Below are positions 11,701-26,187 of a DNA stretch of 64,000 bases, piece after piece (the stretch's first letter is position 1; each line of letters begins with the position of its first letter). The position numbers and the translations under genes were made by a program. The DNA is from Cirrosporium novae-zelandiae (lineage: Eukaryota). The stretch is from NCBI GenBank assembly GCA_026023565.1, contig JAPETS010000001.1, forward strand, positions 806,001 to 870,000, written 5' to 3'. The notes below the pieces were generated by a model, which was given only the letters and a program-made list of their open reading frames with translations, was not told the origin of the DNA and ran no database searches.

Positions 11701-14700
11701 GACTTACCGGCATATTTCGATGAGATGTGATCAGCGAAGCTTGTCTGAACTTGAAAGGAAAGTATGTCCATCTGCCTAAGCAACAATGTTCCAGGGGTGG
11801 AACATTTCTAACCCACCCGACGGCCCTTGACTACCTTTGGGAAAAGGGCCATCTCTTCAATAATGTATCCCATACGATCCTCTACAGATTGCATTGCCAT
11901 TCAAGGTAATTGCTCCAGTCATTTTATCTATAAACGGATCTGCAAAGACCACGAGGTGCTCGCTCCATTAAAGGTTTTGAGTTGGCACGAGATGTAGTAA
12001 AGTTATGTTACTTTTATCAAACACTTCAGCATGATAAATTATTGAATAAGGCGAAAGGGTGGAGAAATCTCTGCAGAAGTCCAACAGTATCCACATCTGG
12101 CTTCGCGGTCACTGTCCATTCGGCCATCTGGAAAGTATTATTGTACCTGGGTACCAATTAATAGTTGTTGTACGTTCATTCAGCCCTTAGTGCAAGCTTG
12201 ACCTCAACTGCAGTAAAAACCGGCAACCTGCAGGTGCCTTGGAGCCAGATGAAATCGGCCTAGGGATGGTGCATGAGTTCCCTTCAACGAGTCCGCGACG
12301 AGGACTGGGAATCGGCATCTAGCATTCAAGCTCCTTCCCTTCATCTCGATCTTATCCTATTATTCTGAGTTGTTGGGCCAGACCAAAGTGCTATGCATGC
12401 GGAAGAAACTTAAGTGATACAGACCGTTAGCTCCTATGGGCAGCAGTCGACAAGACCTCGAGTCTCATGTGTTACAACAGTTTCGTCGGTGACAAGTCGA
12501 GCAGTTTGACATGTCCGACTGCTCGAGTCTCTGCCATGTGGACTGAGTGGTGGTTACAGATGAAGCGGGCGTCTGGAACGGTTTCTACTATTGAGAGACA
12601 GTGGACGATGGGAACGGGAAGGAAGGTAAGTCGGGCTGATGCGGTGGACGAACCCGGATGACGTTCCCTTCGTCCCCTTCGTTCCTTGTCTTTGTTGTAC
12701 GTAGACTTCCATCGGGATTAATACCGACGTTGGCTTCAGGTTGGCCAGGAGACCTCGAGAACAAGGAGGTCGAGTACGGCAGTGAGCGTCAATATTGTTG
12801 CGATTCAGTCGCTAATTGCAGCATCGAAAAGTACGGACTGCCTTGTATCTTGTCTCCTCCAACCATGATTCCCGCTAAATCTGGCTGCTTTTAACCAAAA
12901 GACCCGACAGGAGCTTCTGGTGCCGGCTAGACGGTTTTTCTCCCGCGTCTTTCCCTTGGTCAGGTCCTTAGAACCCTAGATTCATCCACATAGGAAAATT
13001 TGATAGGCACAGTAAGGTAGCTGTCAACAATGAATAGTCAGCAGGAGTACCAAAGTTCCAAAGAAAGGCTAGGAACAGGATTTGAATCGATAGCAGTAGC
13101 GGTTAGCAGTTAGGTAACGATGGAAGGGAGAGGGGAGGGGGTATGTTTGGGTGTTTGGGTGTTTGGGAGGCGCCGAGGAGACCGGTATACCAAAGCCTGT
13201 TTAAGAGGTCTGTTGAACTAAATGCTAACTATTCTTTCTTAACGGGTTGGGGGGGTTGATTGGGGGAGGGGGTATTGGGGGGCAAATGTTTGTGTGGATT
13301 GGGCGTCATGGTCACTATTAGGATCGCTGTTATGGTCGCTATCTTGTCCGTGAGAGTGGCTAATTCCAAAAAACTACCATCTCTCTCTCTCAAAACCATC
13401 ATAAACTACCATAAAACTACCCTCAACTACCACTATCTACCATCATAAACTACCATTATCTTGTGCAGTGCCAAGGCGCCTTTGATGAGCCTTGACAAGC
13501 CTTGACGACTTGATCAGACCATCCAACCGTATTGGAGATCAACCACTGACGTCTGCTAGTCTTTCTGCTCAGGTAAAGTCAGGCAAGAAGACCGGACTGA
13601 CTGCTGATCTCGTTCGCATGAATAGTAAATTTTCGGAGAGGGCGCCTGACCAGCTGTGAGTCTGTGACAATGATAATTTGAGCATTTATTTCTATCTGGG
13701 AAAGTGTGTGAAGCGTCAATCGTGGCTGGTAGTTAAAAGCCCCAGCTCTTCTTATGGTGACAAAAGAGGTCGCCTAACCGAACAATGAGATCAGAGAGGA
13801 TGAACCGTGCTGGGGAGGGGAGGGGGTCTTTTGGATTAAAACATAGAGGATATTCATTTAATGAAGATCCTCAATTTCCATCAAAATTGGAGGGAGAATA
13901 ATCATAATCTGACTATCAATCTATCAAGAGCCCATTTGAGCCCCATGAGTCCCCATGAGTCCCGTCAGAGCCCATCACAGTCCATCAGCGACATGACTGT
14001 GGGTTGTGCTCTCACCACAGAGAGATCTGTGCTCCGGCATAGCCCGAACACACACACCCACACACAATACGTAGTTGATGTAGTTACCGAAATAAATAAA
14101 TTTCCCCATTCCTTCAAAATCTTCAAGTTTGACCCAGAATAGAAACCTCAACTTGAAAGACGAGGATTAGAAAACCCCCAAAAAGGTACTTTCAAGGAGG
14201 GAGATATATATATACCATGATAATATTATCAAAAGAGGTAAAACCTAACCTCGTGGTATATTTTATTTTTTACACAACTCGAGACCTTTTGAGTTTGATA
14301 GGAAGGAAATCCTTTCCAATTTCTATGTTTGCCGCAGCTCTATTGCTCGTCAAGGCGTCGACATGCCTGCTCCTAGAGGCAACGTGATCATTTTGGACTC
14401 GGTTTGGAGCCCGGCCCTCATGCAAACCAAGAAGGTTGGGCTGTTCCTACTGGCCAATTGGGCATCAAACAAAAATAATATTGACGATAAAATGCACGTC
14501 AGCCAACCTAAGCTCTTCTAAGCTTGAAGGGGTGTGTAGGCCTGTTAGCCTGAGTGACTGCTAGGAGAGGAGAGGGGGGTGTGTCTGCTGGGGACGGACT
14601 CCAGGATGTGACTATGATGGAGATGATGGGTCTTCAGCAAGGGTTGACGTACCGACTGGCCCAGTATGGCAACAAAGAAGATACCGGCGAGGTACACGAG

Positions 14701-16660
14701 GTACCAATCGGTACGAGTAACCCATCAACCCATAAATCTCCATTTTCTGGGTCGAATGGGTCTCGCAGATAGGGGCTAAAAGTAAAGGTGGGTTAAGTTG
14801 AATGACTCTCTTTGTATTATTGCTGTGTATGTATTCTGTATTGTGTATTCTGTAGACAGTGGTCTGTAGGCATTATAATAAAATTTCCGTGGGACTGGGA
14901 CTGGAAACATTGAAAAGAATTTAACTTATATTATTATTAATTATGTATACAATAATATCCTTGATTGAGTAATTTATTTACTATGTAAGTACTACAAGTA
15001 TGTAGCTGTTGTATTTTGTATCAGATAATGAATGGATGATCTTCCAGTTGATATCATTATTCCTATTATTATTGCTTTCTCCTGTGTCATGACTGGGTGA
15101 CCACTTGGCCACTGCGGTGGTTATTTGCAAATTTCCTTATGCAGCAGCAAGACTTGTTGTGTAGAGAGTGGTAAGAGTAAAAAAAAATGTTTAAACGAGC
15201 CTTGGGTTCTTGACTCCATTGGCTCTACGGCTCTTTGATCGGAGGATGGCCCTTCATTTCGACTTTGACCCCGAGATGGGCTTTTTTGAGTAGCCTCGGT
15301 GCCTAAGGTGCCTAAGATCCCTAGTAGCCCGTCAGAATTAGGCTTGTACAGTAGCCTGTAGCTTTCTCAATTCTCTCTTCTCCTCTCTCTTGGGCCCCCC
15401 TTCTCTCTCTGTTGTCTGCCCTGGCCTGCCCTTCCTTGGTCTCTTTTGAATTTTTTTTTTTGATTTTTTTTACTGCCTCCTAGACCAACTTACGGTATTC
15501 TACTTCCCCCTTTCCCCGCTTTGAACTGTCCCTTCGGCCCTCGTCATGATCAAATCAGCAGCAAATCACCCCCTTAGTGGCGCCTGTCTTTTTGCTCCCA
15601 TGGTGATGACCACTACACTCCAACTATTTCTAACAACTCACCATTCACCATTCACCACTCCTCACTCCTCGCTACTCACCAACTTTCTACCACTCACTTC
15701 ATTCTCTTTGCCCAACTTGCAGCTTTTTGTGAGGGCATGCCCATCCGATTGTCTCAGGCACACAAAAAAAGGGTCGTTTATCATACCTGCAAGCAGAGTT
15801 CAATTAGCTGATCAATCAGTGGAAAATAAAAACAAATAAAAATAAACAGAGAGGTAGGCCATGGAGGAGGTTCTGCTGGAGTTTACAAAAAGTCTCGAAA
15901 AAAATCATTGAGGTCACAACATGTAACAAATACCACAGTACCGTGGTGACCCCGCGGGAAGCATTACCCATTACCCAGCATTACCTAGCAATACCTAGAC
16001 GTAATCCGTAATCCATAATCCCGTAATCCCGTAATCCGCAATCCGTACGCTCGTCACGTAGTAGACACGACTAAGGAAGAACTGCTGTCACTGCACTGGG
16101 TAGAATTTCCCACTATTAACCTCAACCTCCCATCAAGCATGCTGTTGAACATATACCCCGTAAACATTGAATTTGAAGAACCATTGTGCATTTTATGACC
16201 AATTTACCCCCCTTACTCATAAAGAAGGTCCCCGTCATTGTCGCACTCACTGAATTAGGCGGTTATTGTGACGAGCGACTAATTTAGCAGCGCATCCTTG
16301 TGCACATGACCCGACCTACCTTCACCACACCCAAGCACTACGAGCCTCTCCAACCTCCAAGCCAAAGCCAAAGCCAGCAAGATCTACTGCTACTTCATCA
16401 ACTTCTCAAACTCCAAGATCCCTACGTTTCAGCTCTTTCCCCGATTCTTTAGTGGCTGTTGTATCAAAACTTCCAATTGCGCCGCATCAACACAGCCCTC
16501 CGCTCATCCTAGGATTCTCTGCCGACCTCATCGCTCATCGACACCTTTTCCCCAACCTGGACTTCCTCAAACTTCCCCATCAGCTCCTCTGCAGTAGTCC
16601 TCCCTTTTCGCGATAGCAACTATTATACAAGAACCCGCACCACGTTTTGACTCTCCAAAC

Positions 16661-18178
16661 ATGTCACAAAGCCGGGGCTTCTCAAGCCTGCGCATTGGAG
16701 GCGAGTTTTCATACCTTCCCATCCCCCAATGACGAAGCTGATTATGTGGAATAGAGGTCATTAGAGAAAAAGTACAAGATGGATTGACGGGCGAAACAAA
16801 GGAGATGCAATACACCCAATGCAAGATTGTGGGCAATGGGTCTTTCGGGGTTGTATTTCAAACCAAGCTCTCGCCCACTGGCGAAGACGCTGCCATCAAA
16901 AGAGTTCTACAGGATAAACGTTTTAAGGTGAGCAACAACTGAGTATAGATATTTTCACATGCTTTTGCTGCTTTTGCTAAATGGGTGCGCCTTTTGCAGA
17001 ACCGTGAACTACAGATCATGCGCATTGTCCGGCATCCCAATATAGTCGAACTCAAGGCCTTCTATTATTCGAACGGAGAAAGAGTATGTGACCAGCAAAT
17101 CAATGGCACTTGTATAAGGATTCTAACATGTCATTCACCAATAGAAAGATGAGGTGTACCTCAATCTTGTCCTCGAATATGTGCCAGAAACTGTGTACCG
17201 TGCCTCCAGATACTTTAACAAGTTGAAGACCACTATGCCTATTCTTGAAGTCAAACTTTATACCTATCAACTCTTCCGATCCCTCGCCTACATCCATTCA
17301 CGAGGCATATGCCACCGCGATATCAAGCCTCAAAATCTTTTGCTAGATGCCAGCACCGGCATATTGAAGCTGTGCGATTTTGGTAGCGCCAAGATCCTAG
17401 TAGAGAATGAGCCAAATGTGTCGTACATTTGTTCTCGTTACTACAGAGCACCTGAGCTGATCTTCGGTGCCACCAACTACACCACTAAGATTGGTAGGTT
17501 ATCTTTACGACTGTTGTGATTAGTGCCAAAATTAAGCTTATTATCTAGATGTCTGGTCAACCGGCTGTGTGATGGCGGAACTCATGCTAGGGCAGCCTCT
17601 TTTCCCCGGTGAATCCGGAATTGATCAATTGGTTGAAATTATAAAGGTCCTTGGTACTCCTACGAGGGAACAAATCCGTACTATGAATCCAAATTACATG
17701 GAGCACAAATTCCCCCAAATCAAACCTCATCCATTCGCCAAGGTATATCCTCTCTAAGCGACATTTCCAATCAGCGCTAACAACTCCCAGGTTTTCCGCA
17801 AGGCTTCGCCGGAAGCAATTGATCTCATTTCTGCGCTCCTTGAATACACACCAACACAGCGCCTTTCCGCCATTGAAGCTATGTGCCATCCATTCTTTGA
17901 TGAACTCAGAGATCCGACTACCCGCCTACCCGATTCAAGACACCCTAACGGCCCTTCAAGAGACCTACCCAATCTCTTCGATTTTTCAAAGCATGGTAGG
18001 AGTCTCGTATCGCGCCTATACCGACATCTCACTAACCTTTGCAGAACTATCTATTATGCCTAGTTTGAATCATCGCTTGGTGCCTCCGCACGCTCGTCCA
18101 GGTCTTGCCGCCCAGGGCCTCGACATCGATCATTTCGTTCCCCTTAGCAAAGAAGAGATGCAAGCCCATCTCGACTGA
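16661..18178 (+). CDS. GSK3: Glycogen synthase kinase-3 (Rim11/GSK3 family), multi-exon, first intron GC-AG
   Basis: [66 protein letters not shown]. Confidence 0.97.
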
Positions 18179-19185
18179 CGAATTTGCTTCTGGGTATGTA
18201 ACGACTGGGCGAAATCTATTCGTATTCGTGTTTTTCTGTATCGCTTTTCTGGAGTTAAAAGACCATGCATTGGGGCGGCTGTTCCCTTTCTCCTAACCCT
18301 GTGGCATTCTCAGAAAGATTCCTCTCGGACTGTTGTGAGGATTCGGTCGAAAAAAACCTTGTCTATTCTTCTCAAAAGCCCTGGCCTGGTGGGAAATTTG
18401 TGGGCAGCAAAACTAGGGTTGGGTCCATGGTGTTTTCATGGCAGCTGCCTAAGCAGCGAATACCAGACAAGTGATGGTTGGGTCCGGTGTGTGGGATGAA
18501 CGGCTGGGAACACGCTGGATGGGACAGTGGGAAAGAAGTGAGATAACGATTATGGAATTGTGGAACGAACTCGATACAACTGCGCATTGCTGTCTTGAGG
18601 TAGCATACCCTATGTCTGCTTTTATGCTCGGGTATCCGGGATACTCTTTGGAGCAGTAGGGGCAGCAATCTCATCTCTTCAAACCTTTCCCACGTCTTCA
18701 ACATGTTTTATGAGTCTGGATGACTTTCGAACCTTGCGCAGCCGGTTTAGAGGTGGCTTCATTTAATGCAAATCTCTTACACTAAGTAGAGTAGTAGAGC
18801 ACGGGCAAAATTAATTGACTTGCCCGCAAGGAGAGGAGAGTGGTAGAGAAGCGGACCGAATATTGTTAGAAAAAATATGCTTGTAATGACACTTGTGATC
18901 AATCTAAACAAATTATTTACAAAAGCAGAAAACTAGCCAATCTACGAGATAGCTGAGATGACGAAGTGATAGGAATGAGCAAAGAGATTTGTGTAGCTCG
19001 AAGCTGTCTTGATTTGAGTCTTGACAGGGGGAGGAGAGCTTCAGGCCAATCACGCTACAAAGCTTGACACGTCCCTAAGACCTTTCAACATTTGATGCGA
19101 TGCGCCGCTCTCACTTCCATTTAAATCTCACGCTAACAGTTAACAATATCACCACACCAATATATTGAAGAACCAGCTCTTCGTT

Positions 19186-21969
19186 ATGACTGATTACGAC
19201 CGAAGAAATGGTGGTTCACGTGGAGGGTATAACAGGAAGCGGCGATACAGAGGTATGTTCCATCTACCAACCCTTCATTCGCGTTATTGGCTCTTACTTA
19301 GCGCGCAGCAGATGAAGATGATTACGACCGACGTCCGCAACGCCGAAGATACGAAGAACCTCTTCCTGTTAAAGTCAGGAAGCAGCTATTGGCTGTCGCA
19401 GAATCAGTAAAGCTTTGGAATTCCCTAGAAGAGCCGAATAGATTGCTAACTTGGGTCATAGCCACTACATAAAGTGGAAGACGACATCAGCAACATTGCA
19501 AAGACTGTAGCTGAGAACGCAGACCAGGCAGAAGTGAAATCAAGTTTCATCGATCTCGTTATACAAGTGTTCGTCTTCCTATTTTAAGAGGATAGGCACA
19601 CCATACCTAACCTTGTCGGGCAGGATCATTGAACAACCTCTAAAAATTCCTTTTGTTGCTGGTATAATCCTTCAGCTTAATACCCAGAAGCCAGAAATTG
19701 TCGCCGAGATCCTCGACCGGGCCGGTCAAGCAGTGCAAGCATATATGGAAATTGGATCATGGAAGGAATTGAAACTCGTGCTCAGGTTTCTAGGATGTCT
19801 TCAAGGCTTGTTCGAGGGGGAGGGCATCTTTGCTACGATGGAGGAGTTGTTTTCTAGAGCGGTTGAACTACAAACTTCATCCTCGGAAGATGTGAGATTG
19901 TCCATGGCTCCCAATCTAATGGAACACTGCTAACACTGCTCGTGAGCTAGTCGCTTGGATTAGAGATTGTGAAAGTAATTCTCTTGACCATTCCTTATGT
20001 CATGAGCTCTTCCGCCAAAGGATTTGAATCGCATGCAGAAGCCTTGCTCGAAAAGACTGATATCATCGCATCTATTCCACACGCCTTAGAACCCCTCGTG
20101 GACCCATACCCCGGCGATGGCGAAAATACCAAGGAGCCACAAAGTGTTATTAGCCTTCTCCAGAAGCAACTTCAGCATGAGTCTGCCCAAGATTGGGAGC
20201 TTGCATGTCTTCCCCGGGTTTGGAAACCCCAAGAAGATACGGCTGAGGACCAATTGGCATCCGCGACGAAGCATTCTTTCCCTACGATCAACGTCCCGAA
20301 TCCTGTTGTTCCTGGTCCCAGAGCAATTTTCCCCGAGATCTACATATCTGTATACTTAGATCAAGAGGTTGAAACAGTCCCTCCAGTGACGGATATAGCG
20401 TCTTCCTTAATCCGAGACTCTCTGGTCGATACCATCGACATCCTCGACTACAATCGCAACGTGACTGCAAAATTCCTCATTGACATTGATTGCTATTTCT
20501 CAAGCAACGTTTTCGTCAAGCGAGCAACACCCTTTGACAAGCTCCGAGATGTGAGTGATGACCGATCCACTTGGAAGCCAGAAGATGTCGCCGTCGATGC
20601 AGTTTTCTCCGAGCTTTTCAAGCTCCCCAACCCTGAGCATAAATTAGTCTACTATCACTCGGTCCTCACCGAAGCCTGTAAAATTGCCCCCGCCGCAATT
20701 GCCCCCAGTCTAGGGAGGGCCATTCGATATCTGTACAAGAATATAGATATGATGGATCTGGAACTCAACTTCCGTTTTTTGGACTGGTTCGCTCATCATT
20801 TAAGCAACTTCGGGTTCACCTGGAAATGGACAGAATGGACAGAGGATATTAAACTCCCAAATCTGCATCCCAAGAAGGCATTCATGATAGGCGCTTTAGA
20901 CAAGGAAGTTCGGCTTAGTTTCGCGCAGCGGATCCGAGGGACTTTGCCAGAAGAATATCATCCGCTTATTACAGAGGACATGGAGAAGGATCAGCCCGAT
21001 TTTAAATATGATGATGACAGTAAGTCCCCCTCATCTCGACCCCGATCCGACCAAAACATCTCCCATATTACCCTCTTTCTAATCAGTATTATAGGCACCC
21101 CATACTCAGCCCAAACTCGAGAAATATGTACTTTGGTTCGCAAAAAATCTTCCGATTCAGCTATCACTCCTCTCCTTACGGAGATCGCCTCTTTAGCGAC
21201 ATCCCACGGGATCTCGGACCCTCTCGTCCCCTCTACCGACGCCTACGTGACCTCGATTTGCAACGTAGGTTCCAAATCTCTCTCTCACGTCCTCTCCTGT
21301 ATCGAGCGCTGCAAGGACCGTCTTCTAGCAATCGGTCCCCAAAGTGAAGGCGCGCGGAAACAAATAATCCAGAGCGTCATGGAGTACTGGAAGGACGTTA
21401 ACCCGGGCACGGGCGTTAACATCGTGGACAAACTACTCAACTACACTATTCTAACCCCCCGCAGCGTCATCGAGTGGGCCCTTGTAGACTATGTCGACGG
21501 CGGCAGATCCCTCAGCAAGAGCTACGTTTTTGAAATGGTCAGCGCGACCGTAGGAAAAGTTACAGGCCGCGTCCGGCAGATCGTCATGGCCCGGAACCGG
21601 ATCGGCTTACCGCCAAGCCAGGTCGTCATGCTAGAGGAAACCCTGAAGCGCGAGCGTGATGAAATGCGCGACTTGATCAAGAGCATCGAGGATGCGGTCG
21701 GCAGCGTGGAGAATGGGTTGCTGCCATCGCAAGCGCTCGCTGAGGGCGAGCTAGATGACGAAGATGTGAGACTTGTGAGGTGGTGGGGTACCAAATGGGG
21801 AAGCGTATTCAAGAGGAAGGGGTCTGTAGAGGAGGCTTGGTTGATTGAAAGGGAAGAGGAGAGAAAGAGAGCTGAGGTAAGATTGAAGGAGGAGGCGAAT
21901 GATGGCATCCTAGGTTTAGGAGGGGATGAGAAGATGGACAATGGACCGAAGATTCAGGATATCGAGTAA
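19186..21969 (+). CDS. CBC1: Nuclear cap-binding complex large subunit Cbp80 (MIF4G-like), multi-exon
   Basis: N-terminal NLS NRKRRYR; EQPLKIPFVA; WKPEDVAVDAVFSELF; FLDWFAHHLSNFGFTWKWTEW; KEVRLSFAQRIRGTLP. Confidence 0.93.
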
Positions 21970-23035
21970 GACGTCTAGTCTAGCCTTCTAGAAGTAGCCT
22001 GGACGTAGAAAGGAAAGGGGAGAGAGGAAGGACGTCAGGATCTGGATTCTCGGGGATCAAAGGTAAAGAGAGAAAAAAGAAAAAGAAAAAAGAATGAGCG
22101 AATAGCGAAGACGGAGAAAGGAAGGAAGGGGTTTTTTTTTCCTGCACTTTGTTCCTGTCTATCTATTTAATCTGGCAGTCCAATATGCCTCTCTCCCTCT
22201 CAAGAGAAATTCCTACGTTTTTTTTTGTTAGGATAAAAAAGGCTTGCTTAGCTGGGGTGTTTCTTTTTTCTTTTTTCTTTTTTCTTTTTTCTTTTTCACT
22301 TTTTTGTGTTAGTATGTACGGTATTTGATTCTCAACCCTACACACACACACATATTTATATATATACAAACAATGAGGATAAGGAGGGTTTATTATATCA
22401 GCTAAAAATAAGCGTTTTACATCATGTTAAGCAAAAACAACTGGAATATACCATATTTTTTTTACCCCTTTTCTACATTTTATAAACCCTAACACTAAAG
22501 CCGCTTGCTTTAACAACCAAAACCAATAATTTGATTTGAGTAGAGAAATTTTTATATTCATATTTTTTTTTCTATTTTTGTCAAAAAAATCCGTCTATGA
22601 ACAAGAACAGCACAAGAACAATTTTTAATTTGGCTGGCCATTTTTTTGTTTGCCCACCCTGGTCCGGGGATCTTTCCGACGGATATATGGATCTTCCCCC
22701 CTTTCAGGGTTGATAATCCCCCCCATCATGATCCCCAATGATGTAATGTGTTATCCGGAATCAATTTCTTGTTTCCATCATCACCACACAACACACAACA
22801 CGACTCAAGGAAGCAAAAAAAAGAACACACAAAAATGAGTCTCCCCCAAGATTCTTGGCCAGGACTCCTTCAAAACTCCACACATCCCTTACCAAACCCT
22901 ACCCTATTATAGGTAGTGGTAGATAAAAATGAACCAAAACCCAATACATGATTATCGTTAATTTCAACGTCGACACTTCTTTCTTTGCAGAAACGCAATA
23001 TCAGTTTTTCGTTCATTGTTTGTCAATCAATTCAT

Positions 23036-24195
23036 TTACTGGGTCTTTTTTGCAGCCTCTCCCTTCTCGTTAAGGTATTCTCTGTCGTCGCTACCCTCCA
23101 CTTCCTTGAGGATGGTTTCCATCTCATTGACTTGTCTCTGCCACTCCTGCCTTCCCATCTTAGTCTCCTTCTTGAAAAGCTCGATGTTGGGTTGGCGGTA
23201 GCTTCCTCCGATTCTATCCCAGAGAGTCGTAAATTGCCCGTAGTTGTAGTTGAAGTATAGATGGTGCATGGTGTGGCACGCGGCACCATTAATGACGGGG
23301 GAGGTGGCAACATATTCGCCATCGTGGATCATGACAGTCCAAATGTTGATGAAGGCAAAGAGAGCAATGTAGGCAAACTTCTGAAGGGGGAAGATAAACG
23401 GGAAGGCATGGTATGGGAAGGCCTGCGACCATCCGTCGACAGGGTGAAAGGCATGGCTGGCATATGGAGAAGGCATGATCCACTTATGGTGGGGCTTATG
23501 CAGGTACTTGTAGATAAGGCGGTGGTGTAGCCAGCGATGGATCCAGTAGATGCAGAAATCAGTGAACATGATGAAGAGTGGGAACTGTAGGAAATTGTAG
23601 GCCGAGAACGGGGCATCCTTTGGCGAGTCATAGAGTTTGGAGTATCCGCGGATCTCAGCCAGCATGAACGGAACCGTGAGAACGGACATGATAGGCATAG
23701 CTTTCATGGTGACAACTATTTCCTGTCGAATCTGGTGGTTCAGGTACTTGGGGTGTTTGAAAGTGGCCTTGTCGAAGATAAAGATGTACGAGAAGGAGGC
23801 GAAGGTGTAATAGATCACTAGACCGAATAGCCTATTTGCGCATCATGATCAGCTCCCTGTGTGCTGAGCTTGGAAAATAATCACAATTAGGGACATTGAA
23901 CTCACCAGATGATCAGGAACAGACTAGTAGCTTGTCTGTAAATATTATCTCTCGCCCATATGCTTGAGTAGCCCAGGTCCCCGGGAGGAAATTGAAGCAA
24001 CTCATATTCCGTCGCTGGCTTGTAGACATATGAGGGGTGATAAGCAGTTGGTGACTCGTGGATACCAGACAGTGTAGTGTTGGTGGATCCAGTATTAAGA
24101 TTTGAGAATATGTCCGTGGCTGAAGCGGCGGGGAGGAGAGCTGCATAAAATCGATCGCCCAGAAAGGCGTCGAATACTTCTACAACAACATCCAT
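23036..24195 (-). CDS. ERG3: C-5 sterol desaturase, 1 intron
   Basis: His boxes HRWLHH, HKPHH, HTMHH; YFNYNYGQFTTLWDR; N-terminal MDVVVEVFD and WARDNIYRQ. Confidence 0.96.
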
Positions 24196-24572
24196 GACAA
24201 TAGGTATCTATCCGTAAGTCTTGTCTATGTGAATATTGATGAGGGGAGTAGAAGTTCCTAGCAATTCAAGAATGCATAGGAATTGAGATGAGTTTTTTTC
24301 TTTTCTTTAGGTATATGGAGAAGAGATATTAGGTTGAGTAAACACAACCACCAGTTCCTAACCGAATCACAACTTGTTCGGGGAGGAACTTCCAAGAGAA
24401 GAGAGGGTGAATTCAATTGAAAGATGAGAGGGGATAGGGGGAAAACAGAAGCAAAAGAATGTCGTGGTTCAGGTGGTGGTAGAGTAGGTATATATTAATA
24501 CAAGGGAATCCAAGGGAGTGGGCGGAGGGTGTGTATTTCGCGCTATGCCGGCGTCTTCAGGCGGAATGCGTG

Positions 24573-24582
24573 GTGGGTTGAT
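24573..24582 (-). promoter_or_regulatory. Possible sterol regulatory element (SRE-like) upstream of ERG3
   Basis: ATCAACCCAC on the minus strand, one mismatch to SRE1 ATCACCCCAC, about 380 bp upstream of the ERG3 ATG; short motif, could be chance. Confidence 0.25.
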
Positions 24583-26187
24583 CGGTGGTAGAAAAGATCC
24601 GGTGTGGGAATATCGAATGATGTTGATATGACTATCGCATAATCAATTGTGAACAAGGCTCTTCAGACATCTCTTAGATTTTCTGTTTGGTCTCCAGATG
24701 CCTTTTGTTGACCATCCATGTTTTTAATTGGCTAGAGCTTTATGGATTGACATTGAACCCTGACATTTGTTGTTCGGAGCCGATGGAATTATGAAGTCTT
24801 TTTGCCGCTTGCTGCCGAAATTTTGGTGGTGAAATGGTAATTTCGACTCCCCCGGGAGACAACATCTCCGGGACTCGACCATGATCCCACTATCGATGCC
24901 TTGATGCCTGAATCAATTAATTATCATATATTAGTCTGCCTGAGGCATTAGTCACATCCTCTCCAACTCCTTCCATCGATGCCTAGAACTAATATTCATA
25001 CCCAAGTAATTGTCATTGTCATTGTTGTCAGTCAAATGTCATCTCTCCCTTTTCCCCCTAATCATAAACCATCTACCATGACCCATAGAAAATAACGTCC
25101 CATTGGCTCTTCAGGTTCTATTCCTTTGCTAGTCGTCCTTCAATAATTTTTAAAAAGAGTACAAAAGAGCCTATATAAAGAAGCTCAAGGTTGAATTCCA
25201 TCTAAGAGGAGCCCATCAAACTGAAATATCTCTACTCCCAACGTCCAAAGACGAAAATCCTGTGAGGTCATCATGTCGCCCTCTCCTGCATCACTCCTGC
25301 AGCTACCTCCTCTACCAAAACCTTGTCCGACCTCCAAGTACCTCGTACCCTTAATCCTCCAAGATTATCGGTTCTAACCTTCTCCCTTCAAAACTACGTG
25401 TAGATAAATATTCCCTAAGGGGAAAGAAAAACCTGATACCTGATCTCCAATCCAAACCCCCTTCCCTTAGATGTTTGAGGTGCAGCCTAGTTGAACGATG
25501 TACCCCCTTGGCTGCAGATAGATTCCCTGGACAGACCTGCCGTATCGTGCAAATTCTGTATTGTGCCTTCATACGTACATCAATGGTTCCAGATTATATC
25601 AACCATTTATCACGCCCCACAAGTACAAAAACAGGATATGAAAAAGAGAACCCATCAAACACCGCTGTTCAGTTCCTAACTGATTCAACACCTACTTTAA
25701 TAAGCCCATCTTAACCATCCACGCCCATGCAAGTCCAGCTAGCATTCCTGCCCACCTATCCTTTATTCTTTTCCCACACGCGCCGTCTTTTCCCAAAATC
25801 CAAGTCTCATTTTGCAAGTCCAAATATCCCGTCTCTATCCTTTTTCTTCTCCTCCCCAATACAGAGCAAAAATAGGAAGTATTCAAACAAAGGAGAGCAG
25901 AGACCTACAATCCCTGGGTTCATTACTGATGCAAAGCATTTAATACTGCAGCCCTGTGGAAAAAATTATCGAGGTCTCGCTCATGTTAGTTTAGAGAAGC
26001 CGCTCTCAACGCCGCATTTAAAAACAAATATTTTTTTCTCTCTTTATTTTCTTTCTTTCTCAACTTCTTTTAATATCACTTTTGGGGTCGAGTACTTTCC
26101 CAACTTTTGAATCCATGGAACGGTTATGGGTTTTGTGTTGCGTGTAAGAGTGAACATTGGTAGCTTGGTGGTTGTATTGCCTATAGC

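Noticed and set aside
21020..21094. Stop-free 75-nt intron in CBP80 (also a 57-nt one in HSH49, 42826-42882) as regulated intron retention
   Set aside because: Short 3n stop-free introns arise often by chance; both have normal splice signals
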